Sequence record: MG655269.1
Length of the DNA stretch: 64,000 nt
Direction: 5' to 3' (one strand)
Made by a program: the position numbers and the translations under genes. This document shows, piece by piece, positions 50,744 to 60,641 of the stretch (within the stretch, counting starts at the first letter, position 1; each line of letters begins with the position of its first letter). The notes beneath the pieces were generated by a model that had not been told where the DNA came from, searched no databases, and saw nothing but the letters and a program-made list of their open reading frames with translations.

Positions 50744-52001
50744 GACACCCGCATCGAAGGTTCCAAACCCGGTGCAGAACCCGGTGATCAAATCACCGGA
50801 GGTTAGAAACGAAGTGGTCGATTCCACTTATAACCCCCGTAAGTCGTTAATGACCTTTGTCGGGGGTTCGTCTTGGGTCATCACCTATTACAGTCAGGTC
50901 TTGGGTGAGGGCAGTGAACCCATGGCCTTGCAGCATGACGAGCAAGGGACCACACAGCAGTACCTGCGTATTCGTCGCAATGTCATGAAAGTCTCCACAC
51001 CACTGAACCATAACCCCGAGAAAGACCAGGGGCAAATGGAAATCACCGGGGCCGGCTATCTGATGCCAGGGATTGTACCGAACCAAGGTGACATGTTTGT
51101 CGCCGATGTGGGTGATGGTCGTGCTGGACTCTTTACCATCAACGATATCGAGATCATGTCCATCTACAACGACACTGCGTATCAGGTGACGTATGAGATG
51201 ACGGACTTCTGGGATGCTGCTATCCAGAAGCTGCTCGATGACAAGACGGTGCAAGACACGGTCTATGACATGGACTTTGCCCGTACGGGTAAGAACCCGA
51301 TCATCGCCTCGGAAGACTTCTTTAACCGTGAGCGCATGATGGGACTGGAGGCCTCGTTAATCCATCACTTCTTCATGACGTTTTATGATAACGAGTTCAA
51401 CACCTTCTTACTCCCGGGGCAGTTGCGCACTACTTACGACCCGTACCATGCCCGGTTTGTGGATAAGTTGATTGACTACGATTCACGCCCAGGTCATGCC
51501 CGGGTTAACATCTACGACGAGTCACTCAAGGGTAATGCAAAACCCACCACGATCTGGGACCTGTTAGTTGCACAAGACCCACTGATGTTTAAGTACATCA
51601 CCAAACAGATGCAAGTCTTACCCGCGACATACTTTCGCAGTGCCACCGCGCTGTACGGGGCAATTGCGTATGCAGGTATCTACGGGGTGGTTTATCCGGT
51701 CAGTACCGATATCTTCATTAATACCGATATCGCCATTCCAGTGACACCCATCAACCCCTTGCTGTTCAGTGGGATTGGGATCAACAAGACCTACGTGTTA
51801 AGTGAGGCCTTCTATCTGCAGCAACCGCATCTGATGAGCGAACTGGAGCGGCAGGTGTATAACCTTATTACCGGCTTACCCATCAACGTGGAAAAGCTGA
51901 TCGATTTGGTGGATGCCTACTTCGAGGCAGCTCCATTGGTACAATACTACGCATTTCCTCTATTAGTGTGTTTGTGCCGAACCGCACGTTATCGTTTATA
52001 G
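50730..52001 (+). CDS. Virion structural protein, head-closure/neck-like
   Basis: ATG at 50730; PNQGDMF...GLFTINDIE resembles the P-x-x-GD...LF-x-I motif of T4 gp14-type neck proteins (inference). Confidence 0.5.
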   Translation: MAIAKTPASKVPNPVQNPVIKSPEVRNEVVDSTYNPRKSLMTFVGGSSWVITYYSQVLGEGSEPMALQHDEQGTTQQYLRIRRNVMKVSTPLNHNPEKDQGQMEITGAGYLMPGIVPNQGDMFVADVGDGRAGLFTINDIEIMSIYNDTAYQVTYEMTDFWDAAIQKLLDDKTVQDTVYDMDFARTGKNPIIASEDFFNRERMMGLEASLIHHFFMTFYDNEFNTFLLPGQLRTTYDPYHARFVDKLIDYDSRPGHARVNIYDESLKGNAKPTTIWDLLVAQDPLMFKYITKQMQVLPATYFRSATALYGAIAYAGIYGVVYPVSTDIFINTDIAIPVTPINPLLFSGIGINKTYVLSEAFYLQQPHLMSELERQVYNLITGLPINVEKLIDLVDAYFEAAPLVQYYAFPLLVCLCRTARYRL

Positions 52002-52008
52002 GTGTTCT

Positions 52009-52638
52009 ATGACCCAGGTGATACATAGCACGGAATTTCTAAAGAGTGAACTGGAGCGTTTACAAGTGGTGCTGTTCGAGTGCCGTTATGAATGCCGTAT
52101 CCGCCAACGCGATCTCTACGATGTTGACTATCTGCAAAACGTGGGACTGCCATCATCTGGGATAGCTTGGCTCGATCAGGAGATGGACAACCAGTTAGTG
52201 GATATGTTCCTTACCATTAACAAGATGACCGAGTGTGTGAAGAACGGGTATAACTTCTACATCAACTACCCGGAGACCTACGCAGGGATCATCTACAAAG
52301 CGATCACCGACTACATCCGCTATTACGGCGAGCTCTCAGACCGTTTCCCGAACTTACCGTTACCGGATCAGGACGACTTTGAGATCCTGGACCAGACCGC
52401 CAGTAAGATCTATACAGTCTATCGCTGCTATGAGAAACCGGAAGAGCTTTCGGGGATTGTCGGTCGTCTGCGTCGACGTCGTCGCTCCTTCGACCTGCAG
52501 AACCCGGTAGCCGAAGTTGAGCTGCAGCGTGATGAAGACGGTAACGTGATTGCGAAGGAACATAACTCGATGCTGGATATGTTTGCTGATCGCATGACCG
52601 TGAAGAGGATTCCAAAGCATGAATTTGGAGAAGAGTAG
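52009..52638 (+). CDS. Conserved hypothetical protein
   Basis: AGGTG RBS; 209 aa; in the structural operon. Confidence 0.65.
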   Translation: MTQVIHSTEFLKSELERLQVVLFECRYECRIRQRDLYDVDYLQNVGLPSSGIAWLDQEMDNQLVDMFLTINKMTECVKNGYNFYINYPETYAGIIYKAITDYIRYYGELSDRFPNLPLPDQDDFEILDQTASKIYTVYRCYEKPEELSGIVGRLRRRRRSFDLQNPVAEVELQRDEDGNVIAKEHNSMLDMFADRMTVKRIPKHEFGEE

Positions 52639-53980
52639 TCTTTATAATGAAATCATCGCGATCGGGACCAAAGGCGGGCGCAGTGTCTACCGAATAAAGG
52701 CGGAGATCTTTTTTGATACCACCGTCTGTTCGGTATTCCGGGTACGCAGCCTCAATCGCTTTGATGACTTCATGAACCGCTACAGTGAAGAGCTGAACAT
52801 TGAAGTGGCAATGTCGGAGGGGGTGTACAACCAACAGATCATCCCCAATGCCACGCGGCTTAAGATGCACCTGGTGATTAACAAGTACGAACCGGGGCAA
52901 GAACCCGTCAGTACACGCTACACACTTCGGGTGTTTCCTAAAACCGGATATGACCCGCAGCTGACACAACAACGGGCCGCGGATATCAACCAGGCTGCGA
53001 TTGCTGCGACCTCCTTGCAGTTCTATCAGTTCCAGTTGTTTACCTCGGCGATTGAACAACTCAGTGCAACGCCGTGTGCCGGGATCTTTCCTACTACCTC
53101 ACCGGCCGCATTGATTCGGGTGTTACTGGGCGGGGTGTCAGAAGGGCTGGAGTTACCGTTAGAGGAAAAGCCGCTGGGGATGGAGATGTACCCGGTGGAT
53201 GCAGTCACACCAGATGGCAAAGAGATCATCAAGAACCATGTGGTGGTCAAGCCGATCCAGCTGTGCGACTTACCGGGCTTTCTGCAACACGAGTATGGGT
53301 TGTACAAGACAGCGATTGGGTCGTATTACCATAAGCAGTATTGGCATATCTGGCCGCTCTATAACACCAAACGGTTTGAACTGGTACGCAAGAACCTGAT
53401 CGTCGTCAACGTTCCTAAGGATAAGTTCCCCAACATGGAACACACCTATGAGATGCGTGGCTCGAGTCTGTGTGTCTTGGCGACCGGTGATACTGCAGTG
53501 CACGACACGTCGAACCTGGCGCAATACCAGGAAGGCAATGGTGTTAGAGCAACCCGCTCCTCTGCGATGAGTGGTGATGAGGGGATGGAGGTGAAGCAGG
53601 GGCAGGTGGTGCTGCAGCGTGGTGCGACTAACTCTGAGTTCATTACCAATACCCGTCAAGGTGCAGTTAACTTCGCCCCCATGGCTGGCGAGATCACGGA
53701 CAACAGTTATCGCATTGTGTCAAAGACCGCAGTTAATAACGGATCTACCATTCAGGTGACCTGGCAGAACGCCGACCCTGAGCTGATCTTCCCTGGCATG
53801 CCGGTGAAGTACCTCTACATGAAGTCGACGGGTGTTGAGCAACGCTACGGGACGCTGGTGATGGCAGAGGCGCATTATCGACTAGCACAGGACGGGTTAG
53901 CTGATGAGGTGATGTTGTGTGATATGGCCTTAACCTTGTTCATTGATACTACCGACGAAACCGCCAACAGTTCATTGTAA
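52619..53980 (+). CDS. Virion structural protein, baseplate hub-like
   Basis: 453 aa; beta-rich; C-terminal W-x-N-A-D-P-x-L-I-x-PGMPV segment resembles hub (gp27-like) proteins (inference). Confidence 0.5.
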   Translation: MNLEKSSLYNEIIAIGTKGGRSVYRIKAEIFFDTTVCSVFRVRSLNRFDDFMNRYSEELNIEVAMSEGVYNQQIIPNATRLKMHLVINKYEPGQEPVSTRYTLRVFPKTGYDPQLTQQRAADINQAAIAATSLQFYQFQLFTSAIEQLSATPCAGIFPTTSPAALIRVLLGGVSEGLELPLEEKPLGMEMYPVDAVTPDGKEIIKNHVVVKPIQLCDLPGFLQHEYGLYKTAIGSYYHKQYWHIWPLYNTKRFELVRKNLIVVNVPKDKFPNMEHTYEMRGSSLCVLATGDTAVHDTSNLAQYQEGNGVRATRSSAMSGDEGMEVKQGQVVLQRGATNSEFITNTRQGAVNFAPMAGEITDNSYRIVSKTAVNNGSTIQVTWQNADPELIFPGMPVKYLYMKSTGVEQRYGTLVMAEAHYRLAQDGLADEVMLCDMALTLFIDTTDETANSSL

Positions 53981-54044
53981 TTAGTGACATTCATCCCTAG
54001 TCTTATGAGCTCCTGGCTCATAGGCTAGGATGGATTTATTCTTA

Positions 54045-54057
54045 GACCTACATTATC
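54045..54057 (+). promoter_or_regulatory. Candidate early promoter
   Basis: GACCTACATTATC just after a terminator-like hairpin (53996-54029). Confidence 0.55.
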
Positions 54058-54089
54058 GAGATGATCCAATAAAATATAAGGACTTCACC

Positions 54090-55568
54090 ATGAGTCGCAA
54101 TTTCTCGTTGACCACCCTCATCAATCTCCTTCAAGCTGAGCTCGATTGGTACTCTACCCAGTTTCCTGAGTTTGAAGCCGATGTGCTGGACATTGTTAAT
54201 AACACCATCAGCGGTAAGTTAACCGCCAGTGACTTTGGCTGGACTTATAATCGCCTGATCTCTAAGTTCGGTCTGGTGATGCAGGATACCGGTAACCCGC
54301 GGGCAAGGTTCTTGCGCTGCATCGTACCGAATAAGTTCCACGGTATTATCCCACAACTGCAGAGCATTCGTAATTACGGTGATCAACACATCGACCGTGA
54401 TCACATCATGGCCAGTGCTGTAGAGATCTTGTTGGGAAATTCCGTCGCCCCGATTATCAGCAGTTTTTATAAAAGCATCAAACAGGGTGGTGATAGTGCG
54501 CCATGGGAGCGTGAAGGCTATTATGAACTGTTGTATATGCGCCTGCGCAACAACCGCCATCAATTCCCTTCAGGCTTTCAGGTACTGCAACCCCAACCGC
54601 GCTTGACGGATGAACTCTCCACTGAGATCTATCGTCGCTTTGATGAGATTGTTGGCACCCTGGAGAAGTTTAACAGCGACCCACAATACGCGTCAGGGAA
54701 CTACATCCTGCACGGCCTGCAAGATCCGTGGACTCATGCCGGGACTCGGGGCGATACCATGGCAGCGAAGTTGTGCCGTGCAATTGATGGCGAACGCCCC
54801 CACCACTACGACGAAGATGAAGACGAGGAGCTTTCGTTTAACCTCACGCCCTATAACCCGGAAGCGGATTTAGTGAGCACGCTGAATAACGTGCATCATC
54901 TTCAGCCGATTGTGAAAGCCATCATCAGTGCGGCAGCCACCAAAGAGTCCGCTGATGGTACTTATCCGTTTCGTCAACCTCACGGTGTGCTTCAGTTGGT
55001 GCAGAAAGGTTACTTCGACGGCCTGACCCCAAAGCACCTCAATGAGATCTACAGCACCGATCTCACGATCCCTGCGATCCACAACGTATTAAGTAAGATA
55101 ACTTACTATAGTCGCGATGACCACGCACAGCTTGAACTCGACCAGAACGGCAACATTCCTGATCGTCAGATCAACCCGGTGATCACTAACTTTAACCAAG
55201 CTTTAAATCGTGCATACCCAACCAATATCCCGTTACTGACCATTCCGATGCCGGTGGCCATGAACGAAGAGCTCGACTTTGCAGCCCTCGCGAAGACCGA
55301 GATCAGAAGCTATAACCGGGATGGGTATCTGTGGTTGTTGCTCGGTATCGTCTTTGACATCAGTAAGATGACCGTCACGTATCGCCGTCAACTGAACCGC
55401 ATCAAAGGCGTGCCGTTACGTAAGGTGTGGGAATTGCCTCTGATCGTCACGCCGCATCGCACCATCGAAGAGATCTTTGCTGATCTTGGTTATGAAATCT
55501 TAGAGGTAACTGATCCAAATGCCAAAACAGAAGCTCCAGTTCGAAAACCTGGTGGCAAGCGTAAATGA
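54090..55568 (+). CDS. Hypothetical protein
   Basis: AAGGA RBS before ATG 54090; about 490 aa. Confidence 0.75.
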   Translation: MSRNFSLTTLINLLQAELDWYSTQFPEFEADVLDIVNNTISGKLTASDFGWTYNRLISKFGLVMQDTGNPRARFLRCIVPNKFHGIIPQLQSIRNYGDQHIDRDHIMASAVEILLGNSVAPIISSFYKSIKQGGDSAPWEREGYYELLYMRLRNNRHQFPSGFQVLQPQPRLTDELSTEIYRRFDEIVGTLEKFNSDPQYASGNYILHGLQDPWTHAGTRGDTMAAKLCRAIDGERPHHYDEDEDEELSFNLTPYNPEADLVSTLNNVHHLQPIVKAIISAAATKESADGTYPFRQPHGVLQLVQKGYFDGLTPKHLNEIYSTDLTIPAIHNVLSKITYYSRDDHAQLELDQNGNIPDRQINPVITNFNQALNRAYPTNIPLLTIPMPVAMNEELDFAALAKTEIRSYNRDGYLWLLLGIVFDISKMTVTYRRQLNRIKGVPLRKVWELPLIVTPHRTIEEIFADLGYEILEVTDPNAKTEAPVRKPGGKRK

Positions 55569-55914
55569 TTTCGCTGGTCAACTGGGTCAGGTAGCTGTGC
55601 TGATCGAAGGCTTTGATGGGGGCGCTAAGCGCCCCTACTTAGCGTTTGCTCTCCATATGCTCCTTTCATCAGACGCGTCCGAGCGACTGGGTGCCGGTTG
55701 GTACCTGCTGCTCATTCGGGCTATGTACAACGAACTCGGCCATGAGTTCACTACCGTCGATGAGTTAGATGACTTCATCGATACCTTTTATGACTTGTTT
55801 GATGCGCACAACATCGAACTGAACGACGCCGTCGTGAACGAATTGAATATCGCTTTCGACATGTTTGAAGAGTCACTCGACCTGGGTGATGCCACCGACG
55901 AGTACGACGACTAA
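55519..55914 (+). CDS. Acidic hypothetical protein
   Basis: GAGGT RBS; 131 aa. Confidence 0.65.
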   Translation: MPKQKLQFENLVASVNDFAGQLGQVAVLIEGFDGGAKRPYLAFALHMLLSSDASERLGAGWYLLLIRAMYNELGHEFTTVDELDDFIDTFYDLFDAHNIELNDAVVNELNIAFDMFEESLDLGDATDEYDD

Positions 55915-55943
55915 TTCCTATCCTTAATTAACCGAGACGTAAA

Positions 55944-56165
55944 ATGAAAAAGAACATCCTACTGGCTGTGGTCCTGTTGTCCGCACTTCCTTCTGTAAAG
56001 GCATCCATGGATGTCCCGCCAGATCCGTACACCATTCAGTGTTTATCGGAGACTGAATGCTTTTATGCTAATGGACGTAAAGTGACTGAGCAGGAACTTC
56101 AGAAACTGGCGCTCCTGATTCAACAAGAGGAACAAAATGAGTCAAGTCAAAACAATGACGGCTGA
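55944..56165 (+). CDS. Small secreted protein
   Basis: Signal peptide MKKNILLAVVLLSALPSVKA; two Cys in the mature part. Confidence 0.6.
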   Translation: MKKNILLAVVLLSALPSVKASMDVPPDPYTIQCLSETECFYANGRKVTEQELQKLALLIQQEEQNESSQNNDG

Positions 56166-56919
56166 AGAGATCAGAAAGGCGATGTGGATCTATGATGCAT
56201 TGTCTAACAGCCACCGTGGTCTGTATGTCAAAGCAGAAGGTCCGGATGGTTCGGGTAAGTCAACCTTTGTGAAACTGTTAACGGAATGGTTACAGACACA
56301 GTTAGGTAACAGTCGGGCGATTATGACCCGTGAAATGGGCGGCACTGCACAAGGTCGTGTCTTTCGTGAAATGGTCCTCTTCCCTAAAGAGACCCAAGAG
56401 CTGGATCTGCAAACTGAAACGCTGCTGTGCTGGGCTGATCGGGTTGAAGGCCAGAAGCAAGTTAAAGCCTGGTTAAACGCCGGGATCGCTGTGGTTCAGG
56501 ATCGCACCTACTTCTCCACCTACGCTTATCAAGGCATGCTGTACGGACAGTCACCGTTGGTAAGCAAGATTCATTCCGGCCTGGACATCATGAACGCGGA
56601 TATCGTGTTTGTGTTGGACGTTGACCCAGAAGACATTCTGGCCCGCGTAGGTCGTCGTGAAGCAAAGGGTAATGAAGATCCAACGGGTAATGACCGGATG
56701 GATGTGATGACCGATCGGCAGCTAAAAGACCTCTGCTACTTTTACCGCGGTATTGAGCACCAGATGCCCGCCTGTGCCAATATCAAACAATCTAAAGTCA
56801 TCCACCTGGATGGCCGGCAAACGCAGGAGCAACTGCTGCAGGATGCCATTGTTCACTTAACCCGTTTTCTGGATGAGAAGGAACGCGAAGCAAATGACCT
56901 CTGCCGTGCTATTTGCTAA
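56137..56919 (+). CDS. tmk: Thymidylate kinase
   Basis: P-loop EGPDGSGKST; TREMGGT; LL-x-WADR; DRTYFSTYAYQG; DIVFVLDVDP. Confidence 0.92.
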   Translation: MSQVKTMTAEEIRKAMWIYDALSNSHRGLYVKAEGPDGSGKSTFVKLLTEWLQTQLGNSRAIMTREMGGTAQGRVFREMVLFPKETQELDLQTETLLCWADRVEGQKQVKAWLNAGIAVVQDRTYFSTYAYQGMLYGQSPLVSKIHSGLDIMNADIVFVLDVDPEDILARVGRREAKGNEDPTGNDRMDVMTDRQLKDLCYFYRGIEHQMPACANIKQSKVIHLDGRQTQEQLLQDAIVHLTRFLDEKEREANDLCRAIC

Positions 56920-57205
56920 TGTGACCGAACCTCTGTTACTGAAACTCAAAGAGGTGAATGAAGCGGTTGACCTCGAGTGGCTGATTGAACAGGGTAAGAT
57001 GGTCAGTCTTATTCGTAAGAACGTCGTGCGTGCTGAACGTGACGATGGCGCGCATGTGCATGTGATGGTGTTTCCCCGTGAGTATCTTCTGAACCTCGCT
57101 GACCGCCATGACGATGCGCAATATCAGGCCTGGTTAATCGAAAGCAAGATCAAGCCTTTTAAAGAGCATTACGCTCACGGTAGTCTCAGTATGTACGTGT
57201 ACTAA
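56894..57205 (+). CDS. Hypothetical protein
   Basis: ATG 56894 overlapping the tmk end; followed by a terminator. Confidence 0.6.
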   Translation: MTSAVLFANVTEPLLLKLKEVNEAVDLEWLIEQGKMVSLIRKNVVRAERDDGAHVHVMVFPREYLLNLADRHDDAQYQAWLIESKIKPFKEHYAHGSLSMYVY

Positions 57206-57214
57206 CTTTAAGCA

Positions 57215-57243
57215 GGAGTAAGGAAACTTACTCCGCTTATGCC
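57215..57243 (+). terminator. Hairpin with TTATGCC tail
   Basis: GGAGTAAG-GAAA-CTTACTCC followed by GCTTATGCC. Confidence 0.75.
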
Positions 57244-57268
57244 AATTTAATTTAACCGGACGTGTATC

Positions 57269-57679
57269 ATGAAATTAGGCTTTTATTACGCATTAGTAAA
57301 GAACCATGTGTCAGGTAAACGTGAGATCTTATCCATCCAACGTGAGAGTGTCGCAGAACTCTTCCCAGTGTGTTATACGCGACTCTGTAAAGAGATCGAG
57401 GAAAACCACAGTGGTAAGTACGAAACCTCAGCATTGGCCTTTGGTGCGCTTAAAATCGAGTATCATGCAGCCAGTCAATTGGGAACGGTATGGATTGGCC
57501 ATACCAAGGTCGGAATCATTACCCCGAAAGCCACGTTGATCTCGGTAGGTGTGGAGTATCCGATTGGGACTTTCTATCTATCCCCACCGCCAAGTCTGCA
57601 GCTTGGTGACCCGGAATTGATTCAGTTACGGGATGTGGTGGCCAGTGTTATTGGCGATGCAACATGGGTGATGAACTAA
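57269..57679 (+). CDS. Hypothetical protein
   Basis: 136 aa ORF; stop overlaps the next ATG. Confidence 0.65.
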   Translation: MKLGFYYALVKNHVSGKREILSIQRESVAELFPVCYTRLCKEIEENHSGKYETSALAFGALKIEYHAASQLGTVWIGHTKVGIITPKATLISVGVEYPIGTFYLSPPPSLQLGDPELIQLRDVVASVIGDATWVMN

Positions 57680-58176
57680 TGGCGAAGATCAATGTCTCGA
57701 ATGCCACGACTTATAAGTTCTTTAAAGAACGTGCAAACCATACACTGCGTCATTTTGCCCAAGATCTTGATCCGGGTATTCTGCCGGTCGTAAGGGAACT
57801 TAACGCAATAGAAGGGATCGCCCCCGTCTGGAGTTGTGAGTCACACCCTAAAGGTAATGCACATCTTCTTCGCGAGGCATACGTTATCTGTGTGGTCACT
57901 GGGCGGGGGATGGATAAGTTAGAAGAGATCTATAAAGAATGGATGCGGTTGCTAGACCAAGATCGATCATCCTGGCGTAAAGACGATACCGCCCATTCTC
58001 GTAGAAAACGAGTATTTGCTCATCATGTGGTAATCACGACACGTCGCTTGACTTGGCCTAATGACTTCAGTCGCCACTATACCTCTGTCTGTTTAGGGTA
58101 TGAGCGCCTTAATGCCGTCAACAAGCGCTTGGTGCTTCTGTCGTTTGAACAAGCTATCCGTAACGTAACCTTTTAA
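57679..58176 (+). CDS. Hypothetical protein with TYW3-like N-terminal signature
   Basis: LDPGILPVVRELN-x-x-EG-x-x-x-x-WSCESH. Confidence 0.5.
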   Translation: MAKINVSNATTYKFFKERANHTLRHFAQDLDPGILPVVRELNAIEGIAPVWSCESHPKGNAHLLREAYVICVVTGRGMDKLEEIYKEWMRLLDQDRSSWRKDDTAHSRRKRVFAHHVVITTRRLTWPNDFSRHYTSVCLGYERLNAVNKRLVLLSFEQAIRNVTF

Positions 58177-58183
58177 ACTTAAT

Positions 58184-58252
58184 CGGCATAACCCCCTGAG
58201 AGAGAAGCGCAATGCTTCTCTCTCAGGGATGCCTGAATCTCTTTTTTTTTTA
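58184..58252 (+). terminator. Long hairpin terminator
   Basis: GGCATAA-CCCCCTGAGAGAGAAGC-GCAAT-GCTTCTCTCTCAGGG-ATGCC followed by a T run. Confidence 0.8.
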
Positions 58253-58370
58253 GTCTGGTTAAATATAGTGGATAGAGAATTAACTTGAATAACAAAAAAT
58301 AAAGCAAAGTAATATCAACGCCGGTAAGGGCTACAACAGTTGTTCTAATTTTCAGGCACGTAGCCTAGGA

Positions 58371-58409
58371 GAAAAAAAAGGAGGAAGCAGCTTATCCAGT
58401 TACTTCCTC
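58371..58409 (-). terminator. Terminator of the helicase gene
   Basis: Minus strand GAGGAAGTAAC...GCTGCTTCCTC followed by CTTTTTTTT. Confidence 0.65.
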
Positions 58410-58450
58410 AAAAACGTTATTTCTCGTCGTCCCCATTCTGGGACATAGTA

Positions 58451-59983
58451 TTACCCAAACCACGGAGCTCCACCGCCATCAGAGTTTGTCTCTCCGGCAA
58501 CGTGCTTACGGGATTTGTCCTTTCCATTCACATCATCAAGAATACCGACTCCAGGTTCGAACTTGTAAACGCAATATTTATCACGCTCAGGTGTAATCGA
58601 AATGGTGCGATGCTTACCGCGCTGAATGCACAGATAAGACTCTTCACCAACACGGACAATATGGATAATCATTTCCACATCGACTTCTTGGTCGATCTTG
58701 GTACAGTTATCCCAATAACCTTTATTCGCTGTTTCACGTGGAAGGTCTTCTTCGAGACCGTTACGGACCAGCATCTTCGCAGCAGGACTCAACTGATGCG
58801 GAGTAATGACACAGATACCACGAGCTGAAGTAAAGTTACGGACACGACGGAAAAGATCACGGTACTCTTGTCCCGCAACACCTTTCTCGCAACCTTCTTT
58901 ACTGAACATCCCCAGGTAGTCGATGGTTAATAGATGAATCTCGTAGCCCATGTTCTCAAAGTGCTTGATACGCTCAAAGAGATTACGGTAACCAAACTGC
59001 GATGGGTTAACACGACAGAAGTTGACTTCATAACCGTTAACAGATAAGGCGGCTAAGACTTCACGGGCTGCTTCCGCTTCATCTACTGTCTGATGGTTAT
59101 GATCCAGGCCATCGATGTTTGCTTTGATCTTCTTCCACCACAGAACCATGTTGTCGGTCATGTTGTTTTCAGAAGAGATGTGCATGATCATCGGTTTCTT
59201 CTTCGGATCACGCATGTACGGTTTGTTAAAGGTGGCGATCTGACGTGTCAGGTCCATGGTGAAGCCGGTCTTGTTGTTGTGCTGCAATGCACCAATCAAG
59301 ACGAACTCACTGCGACGGAACCCGCCCACTTCACCCAGCATGCGGTTGATACCGGTGTAACCTGTCTTTAATACCCCAAGCGTAGAAGACTCTTCTTTCG
59401 CTTGCTTAAAGATCTTACCCACTTCTTCCAGGTTACTGACTGTAATGTCAGAGATCACCGCTGGGTCAAACTGTTCAGAGACACCGATGTTAACCGTTTC
59501 AATCTCTTCTAAGAGCTTGACTACCGCAGAATCCATGTCGATGTCTTCACCGCCAAAGATGATAGGTGCTGCAAACCGCTTGATGATGGCCTTCGCCCGA
59601 CGGTGCTGATCCCACTTACGCAGTTCACGTCCAATGGCGACCACAGACTGTTTGGCTTTGTAAGGATCATCCTCGGTGCTGCTGACACCCATTTCTAAGG
59701 CTTGGTAAGTTGCCGCGTCATGGCCGCAGTCAGTTAACAAGCGTTGAAGCAGATCAGTTTTATCCAGTGGTTGATTCTTAGGACGACTAATCATCCAGCG
59801 AATAGTGCGGCGTAAGGCTAGCTGTACATTGCGGGATTCGTCATCACCTGTACCTTCAACAGGGGTCGGAATGTTATCCAGGAGTTCATCAACGAACTCA
59901 CTGCTGTCATCGCTGTCAGTGCCAACAATGGACTCTTGATAAAATAACGTAATAATCTTTATGAGTAATAGAACGGTTTCCAT
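58451..59983 (-). CDS. dnaB: Replicative DnaB-like helicase (phiKZ gp118-like)
   Basis: GAGGGG RBS before ATG 59983; GYTGINRMLG; variant Walker A GALQHNNKT; Walker B LLTIDY; TPHQLS; DQEVD; QRGKHR. Confidence 0.88.
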   Translation of the reverse strand: METVLLLIKIITLFYQESIVGTDSDDSSEFVDELLDNIPTPVEGTGDDESRNVQLALRRTIRWMISRPKNQPLDKTDLLQRLLTDCGHDAATYQALEMGVSSTEDDPYKAKQSVVAIGRELRKWDQHRRAKAIIKRFAAPIIFGGEDIDMDSAVVKLLEEIETVNIGVSEQFDPAVISDITVSNLEEVGKIFKQAKEESSTLGVLKTGYTGINRMLGEVGGFRRSEFVLIGALQHNNKTGFTMDLTRQIATFNKPYMRDPKKKPMIMHISSENNMTDNMVLWWKKIKANIDGLDHNHQTVDEAEAAREVLAALSVNGYEVNFCRVNPSQFGYRNLFERIKHFENMGYEIHLLTIDYLGMFSKEGCEKGVAGQEYRDLFRRVRNFTSARGICVITPHQLSPAAKMLVRNGLEEDLPRETANKGYWDNCTKIDQEVDVEMIIHIVRVGEESYLCIQRGKHRTISITPERDKYCVYKFEPGVGILDDVNGKDKSRKHVAGETNSDGGGAPWFG

Positions 59984-60011
59984 TATGCCCCTCGTTATAA
60001 GGTAATTAACC

Positions 60012-60641
60012 ATGTACAATGAAAAGTTGGTAATTGTGCCAGCGCCAATCCTTCGGGCTATTCACAATGCAAAAGAAAGTGAAGCAATTTTAACGTGTCC
60101 GAAAAGAATGCTTTCCATATTATCCAGACGTGATGTCATTTTCTACTACGTGGTGAATACTCTTCTTTGTGACTATTCCTATAAAGCAGACCCAGCCAAC
60201 CCAGAACCACCGTTGGTGTCGGCGCTGCGGGATCTGTTGTCACACACTAACGGCGTAATGAATGCCTTTACCTCGCCGGCGTGGGTTGCGTTTGTTGATG
60301 AGAACGACGCCGATATCCAAAGTGAGCGTCGACTGAAAGCGCGTAGTATCTATGAGTACCTGACTGGTGAACCGTATGCATGGAATTCAACAGAAGGTGA
60401 CGATTCTTTAAGCTATATCTATGACACCCAGGCGAAAGTCGTGGGAGGTGAAGCCGTTGCAGTGTTGATTAATGCTGTGAAGGAGAACGATAGTTACAAT
60501 ATCATCAGTCATCAACGTTTATTCGAACAAACCATTCTGGCGTTCACTACACTGACAGCAGACACCAAAAGCTTTGCTTCCCTTTATAAAGGCTTTTGTG
60601 AACTGGTTTACCAAGACTCGCTAATCCGACGTTTTGTGTAA
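60012..60641 (+). CDS. Conserved hypothetical protein upstream of the capsid gene (phiKZ gp119-like)
   Basis: AAGGT RBS; synteny between DnaB and the major capsid gene. Confidence 0.7.
   Translation: MYNEKLVIVPAPILRAIHNAKESEAILTCPKRMLSILSRRDVIFYYVVNTLLCDYSYKADPANPEPPLVSALRDLLSHTNGVMNAFTSPAWVAFVDENDADIQSERRLKARSIYEYLTGEPYAWNSTEGDDSLSYIYDTQAKVVGGEAVAVLINAVKENDSYNIISHQRLFEQTILAFTTLTADTKSFASLYKGFCELVYQDSLIRRFV

Noticed and set aside
52304-53059. 251-aa minus-strand ORF
   Set aside because: Fully overlaps two well-supported plus-strand structural genes.
58720-59320. Non-canonical Walker A (GALQHNNKT) as evidence of an inactive helicase
   Set aside because: The other DnaB motifs are intact, and I recall divergent Walker A loops in this phage group, so I did not treat it as novel.
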